Shown here: piece after piece, positions 16,915-33,853 of the stretch
Layout of the letters: the number at the start of each line of letters is the position of its first letter
Numbering within the stretch: the first letter of the stretch is position 1
Notes under the pieces: model-generated
What the model saw: only the letters and a program-made list of their open reading frames with translations
What the model was told of the DNA's origin: nothing
The model's database searches: none
Assembly (NCBI RefSeq): GCF_009914755.1
Contig: NC_060931.1
Source: the human T2T-CHM13v2.0 reference genome, Homo sapiens
Length of the DNA stretch: 64,000 bases
Strand: one strand, 5' to 3'
Made by a program: the position numbers and the translations under genes

Positions 16915-17100
16915 AATGGTGCCTTGAATGTGGCACCAGGTTCAAGTCACTTGCTAGCGATGAGACCCGGGGCTGTCTGCCCTAATGCTCTGAGGCTCTA
17001 TTATCTTTCAAAAGCAGGATAATATCAGCTTTAACTTCAGCATTAGGGCAAGGTGAGAATAGTGTAGGTAAAGGCGTGCTCAGTAGTGGTGGTTGTCACA
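16915..17100 (+). mobile_element. MIR fragment
   Basis: ggttcaagtcacttgctagcgatgagacc...gataatatc...gtgtaggtaaaggcgtgctcagta. Confidence 0.5.
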
Positions 17101-17880
17101 GCCAGCATCCCCTCTGCTCCGTGCCGGGGAGCCTGCTCCCCCATCGGCCTAGGATTCAGGTCACTTTCCCCATGAATCCTCTCCCTGGGGCTCCCAGGCC
17201 CTGCTGTCCTCAGACGCTCTTCCTGGTTCAGCACCCAGCACGTTCTGCTCGGGTACCTCTTGCTGTGTCTGCCTTCCCTGGTAGACTGATTTGCAGCCTG
17301 TTCACCTCTGTTATTCTCTTTGCTCCTAGGACAATGTCTACTAAAGAGCAGAGCTGCTTGGTTAATGCCAGTTAAATTGAAGTCGGTTGAACCAAGGCCA
17401 GCAAGCAAATCCAGCAAGCCCAAGGAAGCAGAGGCTCAGAAACAGGCTGCCCAGAGCCTTGAAGCTGGTGGCCACAGCTGGGCATTTAGGGACAGGTCAG
17501 CCTCTTACCTACGATCAGAGCCTTCAGTGGGGGAGGAGACCAGACTGGCAGGCAGGCAGCAGGGATGAGATCCAGGCAAGGAGACCCAGGGAGAAGGGGT
17601 CATGGTGCAGGGGAGGCCCAGTAGCATCAGGGGCAGGGCACCAGTTACGCAGAAGGAGCTGGACGCTAGGCCAGAAGGTCCCCGAATGCTGGGGTCAGAA
17701 AGGAGGTGGTCTTGATTTGTAGGAGGAGATAAGGGGAATGGGAGTGAGGGAGCAGAGAGCAACCTCCACCTTCAGTATGGCCCTGGAGGTGCAGGGCCCA
17801 GATACAGGATCCTGTGGGAAGAGGAACAGAGATTGAAGAGGCTCTGGAAGGAAAGGTGATTCCATTTGGGTTATGCAGGA

Positions 17881-17912
17881 TGCACTGCTGGGATCTGTCC
17901 ACCAGAGGGCAG
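17881..17912 (+). promoter_or_regulatory. CTCF motif with upstream module
   Basis: TGCACTGC-tgggatctgt-CCACCAGAGGGCAG; core fits CCASYAGRKGGCRS. Confidence 0.65.
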
Positions 17913-19577
17913 GAGAGACCAACACATGAGGCAGGGATGGCCTCAGCCACAGAGCTGCAGGGGTTATTGGCTTCCCCTGGGGGACTGGGTGGACAGGAAG
18001 GCGTGGAGAGAATTGGATAGGGCGAGCCTAGGCCAGAATCTTCTTCTTCTCCTCAAGAAAGCCTCTTTAGACGGACATGTCCAGCCCCTGGGGTATACAG
18101 AGTGTGGCAGGAGTTGTCGGTGGCGGGGGGGTGGGTTACTCTTGCAGACGGTGGCTTTTGAAGGTGGTCCTGGGCAGCCCCAGCGAGGACCTCAGTTCTG
18201 AGCTCTGGTTCAGGCCGCCTGACTTCTCCACTTTGCTTCAGCCTTCAGAAACGGGTTATCTGTCCCCTCCGCCTGGTTGGGGCTGCTCTTTGGAGGGGAC
18301 TTTTGGTTTGTGTGAGAAACTACTGTGGGTGGAAGTCCGCACCCTCAGAGCTGAGGACTCCAGCCAGTAGTCGTGTCTCTGTCTTGAGGATCCAACCCAC
18401 TCCTCCGATGGCCGAAGGACCAGCCTTGCCGCTTAGCCGCGGGCAGGAGGGTGGAAGCGTGTGGAGCGAAGTCTGCGGGTCAGGCTCAGGCTGGGCCACC
18501 GCTCATCTCTCTGGGACTCAGTTTCTTCTTCTGTGCAATGCAGCTCTGAAACCAGCTCTCACCCTGGAACCTGAGATGAGGTCACTGAGTCAAAGTTCAC
18601 GACACAGTAACACGACACAGAAATGCGACTTTTGGTTGCCCGTTGTCCCTTTCAGCCATGATGGGGGACAAGGACAGGGTCTTACTCATCTCTCTTTCCC
18701 CATGGGATCCAGCACTGTCTTGGCACATGGAGGGAGGGTGGTCCCTGAATGAATGAGGGAGTGAGCAGGGAAGAAGGCCACAAGGCTCAAAGCTGCCCAG
18801 ACCAGACCTGAACACAGCGGGTAAAGACCCCAGAGCTCTCTGTGAGGTGATGCCTCCTGCAGGAAGCATTCCCTGTACCCGAATTAGCCTATTTCTGAGC
18901 TGCCTTAGCCCCTCTGGCCCTAGGGCAGCAGGGAGGGGCGAAGGATGGCAGTACTTGGTCAGGTGTGAGAGGGCTGGGGTGGACTGTCCACGGTGCAGTG
19001 GGGCCGGGGGTGGTGGTAGGAGCTGGGCTGGATTTTCTCCTCTGGCGGCCCCCTTTTCTAGCTGGTGGAAGTGTTTGATTGGAGCCCCTGCTTGGGTACA
19101 CATTTTATTTCTGGAGAGACTGCTTCATGGCTCACAAGGGTCTTAGATTCCTTAACTTGTCTTTCTTCTTCCTTGAGAACAGACACGTGTGGGGGTGTTC
19201 ACAGGCTCCGACAAGACCCATTTCCGCACTAATAAATATTCCGCCTCTCCTCTCTCAACATTAAAAAAAATTTCAGAGGAAGAACAAGTCTTCCATTTGT
19301 CACCGGCTCCTCGGTCCGGAGCAGAGGATGCATTTTGCTATCGCTTGTGGCGACTTGGAGACAGGGATGAGGAATGGGTTTGTTTCCTCCAATCAGTTTA
19401 CTCGTGCTTGGAAGGGCCATTTGTGCCCTTGACCCTGGTGTGGCCATAGCCTTGGGGAAGGGCAGGACAGGAGGAGGGGAGCTCTGGGCAATGGTTAGGG
19501 CAGAGGCAGTAGGAGATCAGACAAGAACAGGGAGAATCTGGGAGATGCCAGATAGAAGTTTGGGGAAGCTGACTTGA

Positions 19578-19943
<366 letters not shown>

Positions 19944-20797
19944 TGTGGCTGCTTTTATCTATGGACCTTGGCTCTTCCCGGACACTTGGAAAGCAACAGG
20001 AGCACAAGGTTAAATGATCAACCATCCGAACTCCAGCCTTGCTGTGGGGGCTAGCCCAGCATCTCAGCATCCTAGGGGCTGTCTAGCTGCTACGCTGGGG
20101 CGGGACCTCTGTGCTCTACAATACTTACGTTTTCTCAGACCTCTGCTTATCTCTACTTAATGTGCCTTCCAGTCTGTTATGGAGAATACAGACCACTGTT
20201 AGACCCAGCCTCTCCCCGCCCACACCTGCCTGTCACCAGGCAACAGGTTGGGTCTGGCTCTGGGGGTAGAGGAAGTTTTTGTCAGAACAAATTCTCATGC
20301 TCTGGGGCCACCACAGGGGCCCAGAAACACTTGTTCAATATCACACATCAGAGCAGAGGCAGACATTATGCTGGGTGCAGCCCAGCACCTGGTTGTGCCA
20401 CTGTAGTTGAGGGATACCAGCTCCTTGGGCTTCCATGATCTCACTGGAAAAACAGAAGGAACCCTACCTGCCCTGCCCCTGCCTTTCAGGGTCGTCTGGA
20501 AGAGCTGTGATGTTCAGTGAACATGAACGTGCTCTGTAACCTGGGAAGGGCAGTGCAGATGGCAGGGGCGTGTATACACTTACTCTTCAGGCTGGCTTGC
20601 GAGCTCCCATCTCTCACCCTCCTCCCCCTGCTCTCCTTTTCTGTGCTGCCCGTTCCCTCTCTGCAAACTGGGAGTTATTCTGGCCGCAGCCAGTTCCACG
20701 TCCCCACTGAGGGCCGCACCCCTGAATGTTCCCTGTTGTAAAGCTGTGTGGAGGAAGGGAGGAGGCCTTTCTGCGTATTCTGTCTTGTCATCAGCCC

Positions 20798-20830
20798 GCG
20801 GTGTTCCAGAAGCTGCCAGCAGGGGGCAGT
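20798..20830 (+). promoter_or_regulatory. CTCF motif with upstream module, in a CpG-enriched patch
   Basis: GCGGTGTTCC-agaagctg-CCAGCAGGGGGCAG; CpG-rich from 20780 to 21160. Confidence 0.7.
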
Positions 20831-22107
20831 AGCACCGCATCCCTGGGACCCTCCCGGCGCTTCCCGGCCACGGCCCTGGGCTCCGATGAGGCCACCTCTG
20901 TGAGTGGGTGTGTGCCTGCCGGTCGCAGGTCGAGAATGTCTTAATGACTTGTGCCGCGTGTGCGCGCTCGATGAGCAGAGGGCCTGATGCGGCAGGGCCA
21001 CCGTGGGGGCCAGGCCTGGAAACACGTGCTGATTTCCTTTGGGCAGCAGGGGTTGAGAGGGGGAGTTGTCCTGGTGACGCTAATGGGGAGGCCAAGGTGG
21101 CCTTCAGGGGCTGCTTGTGTAACACACGGTGGGGGGGACCGTGGGTGTGGCTCAGATGAACGCAGAGGATGGGATGGATTCCACTGGCCAGGTCCTCTAG
21201 GGTATCCTGCTGAGCCCGGGTAGTAACAATGACAAGGGCACACCCACCCAGCGGGCCTTGAGGCAGGCTCTCAGCCTCCACCCAGGCCCCTCTTGACCTT
21301 GCATGGACCAGAGGGGCTGTCCTCTGTGCCCCCACCATTGTCTCTTCAGCCCCCTCCGACCGCACTCAAACTCCTGACATGAACCCCGGCTCCCAGCTGC
21401 TCTAGCTTTTGGAAGCCCCTGCACTGGGCTCAGCCATTTCCCCTTTCTGGATTCCTGGGCCCCTCAGGACATGGCTGTCAGCGCCACTGAATTGAGACTG
21501 GAGGCAGGTGCCAGGTTCCACTCATAGTGATGGGTCCTGCCACTCAGCATCTGGCAGCATTGCAGGATGATGTTGCAGGACGGTGCCTGCAACCACAAAG
21601 GGCTTGGCCCAGGGTCTCTAGGGACTTGCAACCCCTTGAGGAAAGATCAACTCACCTGCATCTAGAGTTTCTGTTATTGTTTTTTGCCTAGAGGGAGTTT
21701 TTGAGGGGGGGCCTCAAGGTGGGGTGGAGCCCCTCAGCACCATTGTCCTCTCTGCCATCTGAAACAATGGCCAGCCCTGTCCTGTGCCTTGGAGGTCACC
21801 CTGCTTTCCTGGGTGATGCAGGGCCTCTCTCGCAAGCTCCCTCTCCCCAGAAAGCAGGGATTGAACACAGTATTTGCTCGCACCTGAGAAGTACTCCATG
21901 CTGCAGAAGATCCTGTGGTGAGGATGTCAGGGTTCTGTTCTCTGCACTCCTGAGCTTTCCAGGCGTACTGTTATTTAATTATTCATTCTGCAGTGTTCAT
22001 TCATTCACTCACTGGTTTATCACACATTATCGAGCCTCTACTACATACCAGGTGTGTATTCTCTCTCCCTCAGTTAGGGAGGGGGTGTTTCTGGGCTCTA
22101 GGAATAG

Positions 22108-22430
<323 letters not shown>

Positions 22431-23229
22431 CCTCCTCCCTCCTAAAGAGAACCATTGGTGGGTCCACATGTGGGGACAGACAGGGGAGAGTACGATGGAG
22501 CCAGAGGACAGAGGACCAGCACTGGGGGCCGAGTGGGGCATGTGGCAAAGCAGAACTGACTGGGAGCAGAGCTGTGGCAGAGCTGGGGAAGAAGAGGGCA
22601 GAGCTGGACAGAGGGCGGGACAGATTGGGGGAAGAGACAAGGTGGATGGGGCAGGCCAGATCCAGGAGAAGGGATGGGACAGATCCAGAGAGGGAAAGAG
22701 ACAGAAACAGACGAGGGGCACATCTTGGGGAAGAGGCAGTGGGAAAAACCAGAAAGATGGGTCAGGGGAATGGTACTGAGAAGAGAGGTGGAGGGAGGAC
22801 AAGGCAGTTCTTGAGTTCGGGTCTGGAAGTGTTAGCCTTGGATTGGGTCCCCAGGGACCTCAACGTCACAGCGGCAGCTGCATGGCTGGCCCAAGTGCCT
22901 GCAGTGGATGGTGGGAGGAGGCCCACATGTCTGTGTGCACCTGACCTGTCTATGTGCCTGGGAGGGGGACCATGTGCTCTTCTAGGCTCTGGGAATAAAG
23001 TAATCCCCCCAAAGAAGTCCCTGCCTGCAGGGGGCTCCCACTTGAGGGGACAGAGCCAGCTTAAAGCAGGATGAGTAGAGGATGGTGAGAAATTACCCTC
23101 CATCTTCCTGCTCCAAGCTAGGGCCTCTCCAGTGCCGCCAGCCTGTTCCTTGCAACCTGAGCACATCCTACCCTTGTTATCCTAAGCTGGGCATTTCAGC
23201 CTTGCCTTTGAGCTTTAAAACATACTTGT

Positions 23230-23544
23230 GGCCGGGTGTGGTGGCTCACGCCTGTAATCCCAGCACTTTGGGAGGCCAAGGCAGGTGAATCATGAGGTCA
23301 GGAGTCCGAGACCAGCCTGGCCAACATGGTGAAACCCTGTCTCTACTAAAAATACAAAAAAAATTAGCCAGACATGGTGGTGGGCACCTGTAATCCCAGC
23401 TACTCGGGAGACGGAGGCAGGAGAATTGCTTGAACCTGGGAGGATCTCGCCACTGGACTCCAGCCCTAGTAACAGTGGGAGACTCTGTCTCAAAAAAACA
23501 AACAAAACAAAACAACAACAAAAACAACGATAACAACAAAAAAA
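23230..23544 (+). mobile_element. AluSg-like with right-arm deletion and (CAAAA/CAA)n tail
   Basis: Missing ggttgcagtgagccga segment. Confidence 0.93.
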
Positions 23545-24306
23545 CCCATACTTATTCTGTGTCCCTTTCCTGAGCGTTCTCCCGATTGGTAAGAGCTCAT
23601 TGAAGGAGTTACAGTGTTAGAGACTGCTAATGATTCCTTTCCAGGAAAAAGCCTTCCAGGTAGCATTTATCCTCTGGTAGGAACCACAAATGGTTTTGTG
23701 CAAAGTAATAAGTAAAACAGAAATGTGGAGCAGCCAGGCAGGTTCACAGGAGAAGATAATGCAGGAAATTTTGACTCATGTTGCAGCAAACCAACTACAC
23801 AGATGGCAGTACTTTCTGCTTAAAGACCAGCTTGTCCTCATCCATGCACCTGGGTCGATTTTTTTAGCACCTCCAAGGAAATATGCAGGGAAATGGCTCC
23901 ACTTTTCTCTCAGTAGTTCTGACATTCCTTGTAGCCACACAGATTCCTCTGATGCCGAATTCAAGCCCCCCACCCTCAACCCCAACCAGGTCAGAGTGGT
24001 GTCCCCTTCCATTCTGGTGGAGATGGACAGCAGCTGGGCCCCTTTTTTTTTATTTTGAAAAGGTTGTTTTTAAGTCTCTTTCAACTCTTTCCTCTTCAAG
24101 TCCAAAGAAAATCTGGTTCCTTTAACCTTTCCTCAAGCATTCTGCTTTTCAATCCCTAGTCATTCTTGCAATTTCTATTCCCTAAATCTTTTCCAGTTCT
24201 TGCTTCTCAAGTGAAACCTTAAACTGGACACATTAAGAGCTTGTGACTTTAATGGAATGATTTCTTCTTGGCTTCCATATTTTTTCTTAGAAAATATTCC
24301 AACATG

Positions 24307-24845
<539 letters not shown>

Positions 24846-25129
24846 GGAAGTGTGCTACAGAGCTCTAAGCTGATTTCTGCAAGGATGGAAATTTGTCTTA
24901 AGCTGAATTTTCTTATCTTAGTAATTTATGCAAATATTGTACATTGTGCTTTATGCAAAATCTGCATTTGTTTTAATCTAAGAATAACATTTTTTATTTC
25001 TGTGAACGTTGGGATAGAACTGATGCTTTGGGGAGACGTATCACATCTGCACTGTGGATTTAAGACCCCCGGGTGCACTGGCATACACCCCTGGGCTTCA
25101 AACACCCAGCAGAAAAAACTGCTCTATGA

Positions 25130-25300
25130 TAGCTGAGCCTGGGTTCCAGGCTCACCACATGACTGAATGGCTCTGTTTGCATCTTCCCTTCTCCTTAAGT
25201 ATCAGTTCCTTATCTCCAAAGAGGGACGTGATTTATTTCTTAGAGTTGTTGAAGACGATGTGAAATATAGACATGAAAATGACCTGCAAAGTGCAAAAGC
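25130..25300 (+). mobile_element. MIR
   Basis: cctgggttccaggctc...tcagttccttatctccaaa...agagttgttgaagacgatgtgaaata. Confidence 0.6.
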
Positions 25301-25749
25301 ATGACATTTTTGGTTAACATTTACATTTTGACATCAGGAGGCCATTTGAACCACATTTGCGCTTACTATGATTTACTGTGTTCCCAGATTTATTTTACTG
25401 CATTCGATACATTTATTTTACCTAGAGTTTCTGTTTAGCTCAATCTCAATTTCCCAGAGTCCAATGGAAGTCCATGTTTTCCCAGCTTGATTTCTCTGCC
25501 TGATTAATAGAATTTCTCCTAAAGTGAGGAGGGTGGGAAAGGGTGGCTTCAGCGCAAGAGTTGTCCCTGCTCATGAGAGCAAAAGTGAGCTGGGGCCACA
25601 GCAGCCCGTGAAGGTGATACTTTCACAGGACACTCACTCTAGCTGAACATCAACATCTTTTAAGTACCCAAATAAAAGGTGGGGTGCAGGGATACACTTA
25701 CAGAAATGAGAGATTCCAAGTGATGCCACAGCTGATGGAGATTTCTGCA

Positions 25750-26650
<901 letters not shown>

Positions 26651-27479
26651 AGCCTTGAATGCCTGCCTTCCAGCATAAGTTCCATGGCTGAGGCTCCCAG
26701 GTTTTGTTGTCCCAGCCCTGAACCAATCCCTAGCCCTGGAGCCAGGGATGGGAGTCAGTTTTGCTAGAAACATCCAGTCTGAGAGTGGGAAGAGGTCGTT
26801 CCTAAATGGAAAGTCAGATGAGCATATAACCATGCTCCTAGAAGGAAGAAAGGATCTTTAGAAGAGAGGAACAATGGCTGCCTGCCACCATCCTCAATTA
26901 GCTGCTGGTGGAAGTGAGATCTGGACATAAATGACATTCAGATAGAAGGCTGTGGGTGCTCAGAGAAGGATGAGATTAATATAAACTCTGAAGATTCAGG
27001 GTTTCCTTTTTGGAGGGATGTCAGTTAATCTGGGACTTAGGTGATAGAATTTGGGTAGGCAGATACAAGAGAAGGGGGATTCCACATGCTGGAAATAACT
27101 CTGAAATGTGCACTGGGGTAGAAAAACAGGAAAAAAGTGAGCGACTAAACACAGGGCAACAAGCAATGGGACTAGTTCAACTTTGCAGGATTGTAGGATG
27201 TGTGAGAGGCAGAGTCAGAAGGTTAAGTCTGATTCACAAAATCCTCAAATGCCATTTTGGATGCTGTGAGGAAATAAGTATTGCATTGTAATCCTATGTT
27301 TAAAGGACCATGATATAAACTTGTTAGAATTCTATAAAAGCATGACGTGATAGGGAAAGCGATTGAGATAATTAAATTCCGAAAAGTGGGCGGAGTAGCA
27401 GGTAGAGTTAAGGACATAGTTTGGAAAATAATCGTGGTGTCATTGGGCTTCAGGTATGTGAGTTATCTCCAGAGAAAAG

Positions 27480-28410
27480 ACGATGTGACAAAAAAAGTAG
27501 AGAAAAAACAGATAGTATAAATAAACCCACAGTAGATACAGATTTTAGAATGATCAGAAATGGACTTTAAAATAAATAGTTAACATACTCAGGAAGTAAA
27601 ATAAGGTAGAGAAGAGAGAACTGGAAACCCATAAACAAACAAACAAAAAATTCTAGAACTGAAAAAATGCAGCACAGTATGAGTTTTACAACAGATTTAA
27701 CACACATGAAGAGAATAGGGAGCTTGAAGACAAGAAAATTTCCAGACTAAAGAAAAAGATGGAAAATTCAGGAAGGTGTATAAGAGATAGAAGGGACATG
27801 GTGCAAAGGTCTATCATATGTGCAACGGGAATCCCAAAAAAAGAGGAGACAGATAAGAGAGCAGAAACAATATTTGAAAAAAATAACGACCAAGAATTTT
27901 CCAAAAGTGACAAAAAATCAAGTCATGAGCTTATTAAGAACCATAAACCTCAAGCAGGATAAACACAAATAAAACCATATATCTAGGCCTATCTTAATAA
28001 AATGGCCTTAAACAAAAGGGAAAGAGAAAAATATTAAAATCAACCAAAGAGGAGAAAATATACATTACTTTCAAACAAACAGCAATAAGATCAACAGCTG
28101 GCTTCTCGCTAGAAATGATGGAAGCTAGAAGACAATGTAATGATATCTTCAAAGTGCTGAAAGAAAATAATTGCCAACCTAGAATTCTATACCCATTAAT
28201 TGAAGATGTCCTTCAAAAGTGAAGGTGAAATAAAGCATTTTTGGGCAAACAAAAATGGGAAATTTTTTTACTAGCAGACCTACCCTAAAGGAAATACTAA
28301 AAAGTTCTCCAGACAGTAGGAAAAAGATCCCAGGTAGAAGCATAAGGATGTGGGAAGAAATGGGCACCCATATGGATAAATCTACACAAATACTGACTGT
28401 ATAAAACAAT
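27480..28410 (+). mobile_element. Old L1M ORF1-region remnant
   Basis: gaagctagaagacaatgtaatgatatcttcaaagtgctgaaagaaaataattgccaacctagaattctataccc matches the L1 ORF1 C-terminus. Confidence 0.85.
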
Positions 28411-28419
28411 GACAAGAGT

Positions 28420-28630
28420 TACTTTTTTATGAACTATGTATTATGTTCCAGGCAGTGTGCATGCATTATTTATTCTTCACTACAACCCTATGAGTTTGGT
28501 ACCATTATTAGTCCCATTTAGCACATAAAAAGACTAAAGCTTAGAGAGGAAAAGTAGCTTGCATGAGGTCATCTAAGCAATGAATTTGAATTGGCCCTAC
28601 CCCCAAATCTATGCTTCTTTCATTAAATTG
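28420..28630 (-). mobile_element. MIR
   Basis: ttcttcactacaaccctatgagtttggtaccattattagtcccattt...actaaagcttagagagg. Confidence 0.75.
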
Positions 28631-29029
28631 TGCTTTTCTGAGGTATCAGCAGCTGGTCCCCTTAAGTTCTAGGGAGAACTAGTGAGGTGAGTATCCATCT
28701 GGATCAGCTGGGGAGGATGTCATCTCCATATACTTCCCACTCGCTGTGGAAGGGACACTCAACGTAGCTCTGGAGGTGGGCACAGCAGCTAGCTAGACAA
28801 CTTCCTGTCTTCGTGGGGCTGGCAAGTTCCTTCTGCTTCAAACAGCTTCTCTTCTCCTCACCAAGCACCCAATCACCAGGCATCTGAAAGTCACAGTGAA
28901 AATCTTGCCCTGGCTGTGAAATCTTCCCTGATATTGCCATTTATTCTGATTACTCTGCTTGTAACTTACCTACCAAATGTAGATATCAGTACATCATTTA
29001 AGACATTCTCAGTTGTTTCTTATGTGATA

Positions 29030-29170
29030 GCTCTTTTTTTCCTGCCATTAGATTGTAAGATCTTGGAGAGGAGAGGCCAAAACTTGTTTGCCTTTTTGTC
29101 TACCAATGTGCTTAGTGCAGAATCTGGCACTCGGAGGGTACTCAGGCAGTAAATACTCATTGATTTGTTA
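29030..29170 (+). mobile_element. L2 3' end
   Basis: ttagattgtaagatcttggagagg...gtgcttagtgcagaatctggcactcggagggtactcagg. Confidence 0.7.
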
Positions 29171-30299
29171 ATTACAGTTCATCCTATCCATTGGCAGTGA
29201 AGCCAGAGCCCGTGTTTTGGGCATGAGTACCATGTGAACAATTGTAGAGTGTTTCAAGTTGCCTTGAAGTTAGCAGAGCAGTGGAACTCAGTAGAGTCTA
29301 ATCATGGCTATGTTCACACAGCATCAAGACTTCTGGATTGAAATGTGTGAAATTAAGTCTGTGATTTACATTTGGATTATCAACCAATAAAATTTCCAAT
29401 CACTACTAAGAGCAGCTGTTTAATGGAATTTGACTTTCTCATAGAATGTTGTGTCACATTGATTTGTGAGTCACCACAGTCAAACACTCCAGATGTCCCC
29501 TCAGCCCCATAGCTCTGGGTCCCACCTCAGAGCTGTGTGCCCTCCTCATTGACTCATGACTAATTTTTTAACCTGCTTTTCTCAATGCTGACATTTATGG
29601 AAGTCTAGACACATCGGTGGGTAGAGAAGACACCCACAAGGGTACCGTGGTGAATATCAACAAGTGTTCCATAATCAGACCAGGACACTGGTGGGCTGCT
29701 GGGAATGTGGAGCAGAGAAAAACTGTTTGAAGAAGACAAAAGAGTAAATAGCATTCTTGGCTGAGTAAGAAGAAGGGAAGAGCACTGTGTGGATCTCAAA
29801 TGGCCCAATAGATATTGGATCTCTCTTAGTTTGGAAGAGGGCAAGAGGAAAGTGAAGGAAAAAGTGACTAGATAAAGGGTCAGCTCTGGTATTTCTTGAA
29901 GACCTCATCTGTGCTCAGCTTTGTTCTGAGAGGCAGGTGCAAGGGAAAGACATAGCTCCCATGTGGGTCTCAGACAAGGGTGAAGGAAGAAAAGGCAAAG
30001 TAAAGCATTTCTGGATGCAAGATGTAAAATATAGTGATCCACATACATCTTCGTTTTACAGGTGATTCTATTTTGTATCTCATATAAGCTGAACATAGTG
30101 GGTGGAAGAGATTTTTGACCTGTTGGCCTCCCATGAATGGCCAAGCCCAACGGTGGGTTGTATTTCACTGAATTGAATTAAACCTTAATCCCACACTTAC
30201 ATACACATACATGTACATACATGCAGACATACATACATTCTTTCAGTTGAAATCAGGAAACACTGTTGAATTAAGGATTTTTTAAGATTGTAAAACATT

Positions 30300-31532
<1,233 letters not shown>

Positions 31533-32758
31533 CCAACTGATTTCTGAAAAAAATACAAAAGTAATTCAATGGAAAAGTACAGTCTTTTCAACAAATAGTG
31601 CTGGAGCAATTAGATATCTATGGGTAAAACAAGCAAGCCAAAAAAACACAGATGTAACCCAAAAAATATTACCAAAAACCTAAAATAGCTTGACTTAACT
31701 TTACAACCTTATACCTTACACAAAAATGAGCTAAAAATAGATTATAGATTTAAATGTAAACTATAAAATTATAAAACTTTTAAAGAAAACGTGGGACCTC
31801 CAGAATTCCTAGAAATGATAACAAAAGCACTATCCATAAGAGAAGAAAATAAAAAATTGGGAAATTAAACTTCATTAAAATTAAAATGTTTTACACTGTG
31901 TAAGATCTTGTTAAGAGAATGAACAGACAAGCTACAGACTGGAGGAAAATATTTGCAAGCCACATATCTGATAAAGAACTCATATCTAGACCATATAAAG
32001 GAATCTCAAAACTCAACACTAAAAAAAAAAAAAAAGAAATAGGCAAAATACATGGAGTGACATTTCACCAAAGATATACACATGAAATAATGTACAGTAT
32101 CACTAGTTGTCAGGGAAATGCAATTAGGATCATGATAAGATATCACTACACACTCCTTAGAACAGCTAAAATAAAAAAATAATAACGATACCAAACTCTG
32201 GTGAGGATGTGGAGAAACAGGATCTCTCATATATTGCTGATAGGAAAGTAAAATCGTATAGCCGCTCTGGAAAATAATTGATCAATTTCTTTGAAAAACC
32301 ATATACTTGCCATATATCCCAGCAATTACACTCCTAGGGATTTGTTCAAGAGAAATAAAAAAATTATGCTCACATAAATCCTCTATATGATTGCCCACAG
32401 CAGCTTTGTTTGTAATAGCCCCAAAGTTGGAAACAACCAAAATGTTCTACAAAAGTCTAACGGTTAAATAAATGGTGGTACATACATTACATGAAATACT
32501 ACTCAGAAATGAAAAGAACTATTCATACATGGAACAACTTGGGTGGATCTAAAGGGCACTATTCTGAGTGAAAAAGGCCAATCTTAAAATGATATATATT
32601 GTATCATTGTGTTTACATAAAATTTCAAAGTGAGAGAAGTATATAGTGGAAACAAATTAGTGGTTGACAGAGGTTAGCGATGGTGGGGGGCAGAGGGGAG
32701 AGAAGGTGTAATTCTAAAGGGATAGCATTAGAAAGATTTTTGTGGCTATGAAACAGTA
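31533..32758 (+). mobile_element. L1M (L1MC-like) ORF2 3' part and 3' UTR
   Basis: agtcttttcaacaaatagtgctgg; peptide MNRQATDWRKIFASHISDKELIS. Confidence 0.88.
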
Positions 32759-32759
32759 C

Positions 32760-33300
32760 TTTTTTTTTTTTTTTTTTTTTTAAGACAAGCTGTCACTCTG
32801 TCACCCAGCCTGGAGTGCATTGGCTTGATCATGGCTCACTGCACCCTTGACCTCCTAGGCTCAAGCAATCCTCCCATTTCAGCCTCCTGAGTAGCTGAGA
32901 CAAAGGCATATGCCACCATACCTGGTTAACTTTGTTTATCTTTTGTTTATTTATTTATTTATTTATTTTTTGAGACAGCGTCTCACTCTGTCACCCAGAC
33001 TGGATGGAGTACTGTGGCAGGATCATGGCTTACTGCAGCCTTGACCTCCCAGGCTCAGGTGATTCTCCCACCTCAGCCTCCCAAGTAGCTAGGACCACAA
33101 GTGCACACCACCACACCTGGCTAATTTCTGTATTTTTTTTTTTTTTGTAGAGACAGGGTTTTGCTGTGTTGCCCAGGCTGGTCTGGAACTCCTGGACTTA
33201 AGCAATCCACCCACCTTGGCCTCACAAAGTGCTGGGACTACAGGTGCATGCCACTGCACCCAGCCAAATTTTCTTTATTTTTTGTAGAGACAAGGTCTCT
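32760..33300 (-). mobile_element. Nested AluJ pair (inner ~32945-33265 within the linker of the outer)
   Basis: Outer right arm, a full Alu, then the outer resumes with ttttttgtagagacaaggtctc and is truncated. Confidence 0.85.
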
Positions 33301-33561
33301 TTGATGGACATTTAGGGTATTTCCAATTTTTCACTATTATACACAATGCTGCAATAGTCACTTTTATAAACTTCTTGACCGTGTGTAGAAGAATTTTTTG
33401 GAGACATATTTTGGAGTGGAGTAACATGGATTACATGTTAATTGCTCTCCAAGGTGGTTTTCCCCACACCATATGGAATTCCTGTTGCACTATATCATTG
33501 CCAGGATCTGGCAGTGTTTTTTCTTTTTTTGCCAATCTAATGGGTATGAAATGGGATTAGA

Positions 33562-33853
33562 GGCCAGGCACAGTGGCTCATGCCTGTAATATCAGCAGTT
33601 TGGGAGGCTGAGGCAGGAGGATTGCTTAAGCCCAGGAGTTTGAGATCAGCCTGGGCAATATAGTGAGACCCTGTCTCTCAAAAAAAAAAAAAAAAAATTA
33701 GCCAGGCATGGTGGCTCATGCCTGTAGTCACAGCTAGTAGGGGTGAAGGTGAGGGGAGGGGATATAGGGGTTGGAAGGTGCTGAGGTGGAAGGATCACTT
33801 GAGCCCAGGGAGGTTGAGGCTGCAGTGAGCCATGGTCATACCATTGCACTCTA
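33562..33853 (+). mobile_element. AluJ with internal G-rich tract, 3'-truncated
   Basis: Right arm interrupted by ggggtgaaggtgaggggaggggatatagggg. Confidence 0.88.

Noticed and set aside
20890-20970. Possible pre-miRNA hairpin
   Set aside because: Stem is short and interrupted; no known miRNA recognised
20580-21365. 261-aa minus-strand ORF
   Set aside because: GC-rich stop-poor DNA, no recognisable domain, overlapping ORFs in several frames
23690-24058. 122-aa ORF in unique-looking DNA
   Set aside because: No recognisable homology or convincing exon structure
24910-24985. Imperfect palindrome around ATGCAAAT
   Set aside because: Only ~65% arm match in AT-rich DNA; may be a MITE relic but cannot be supported
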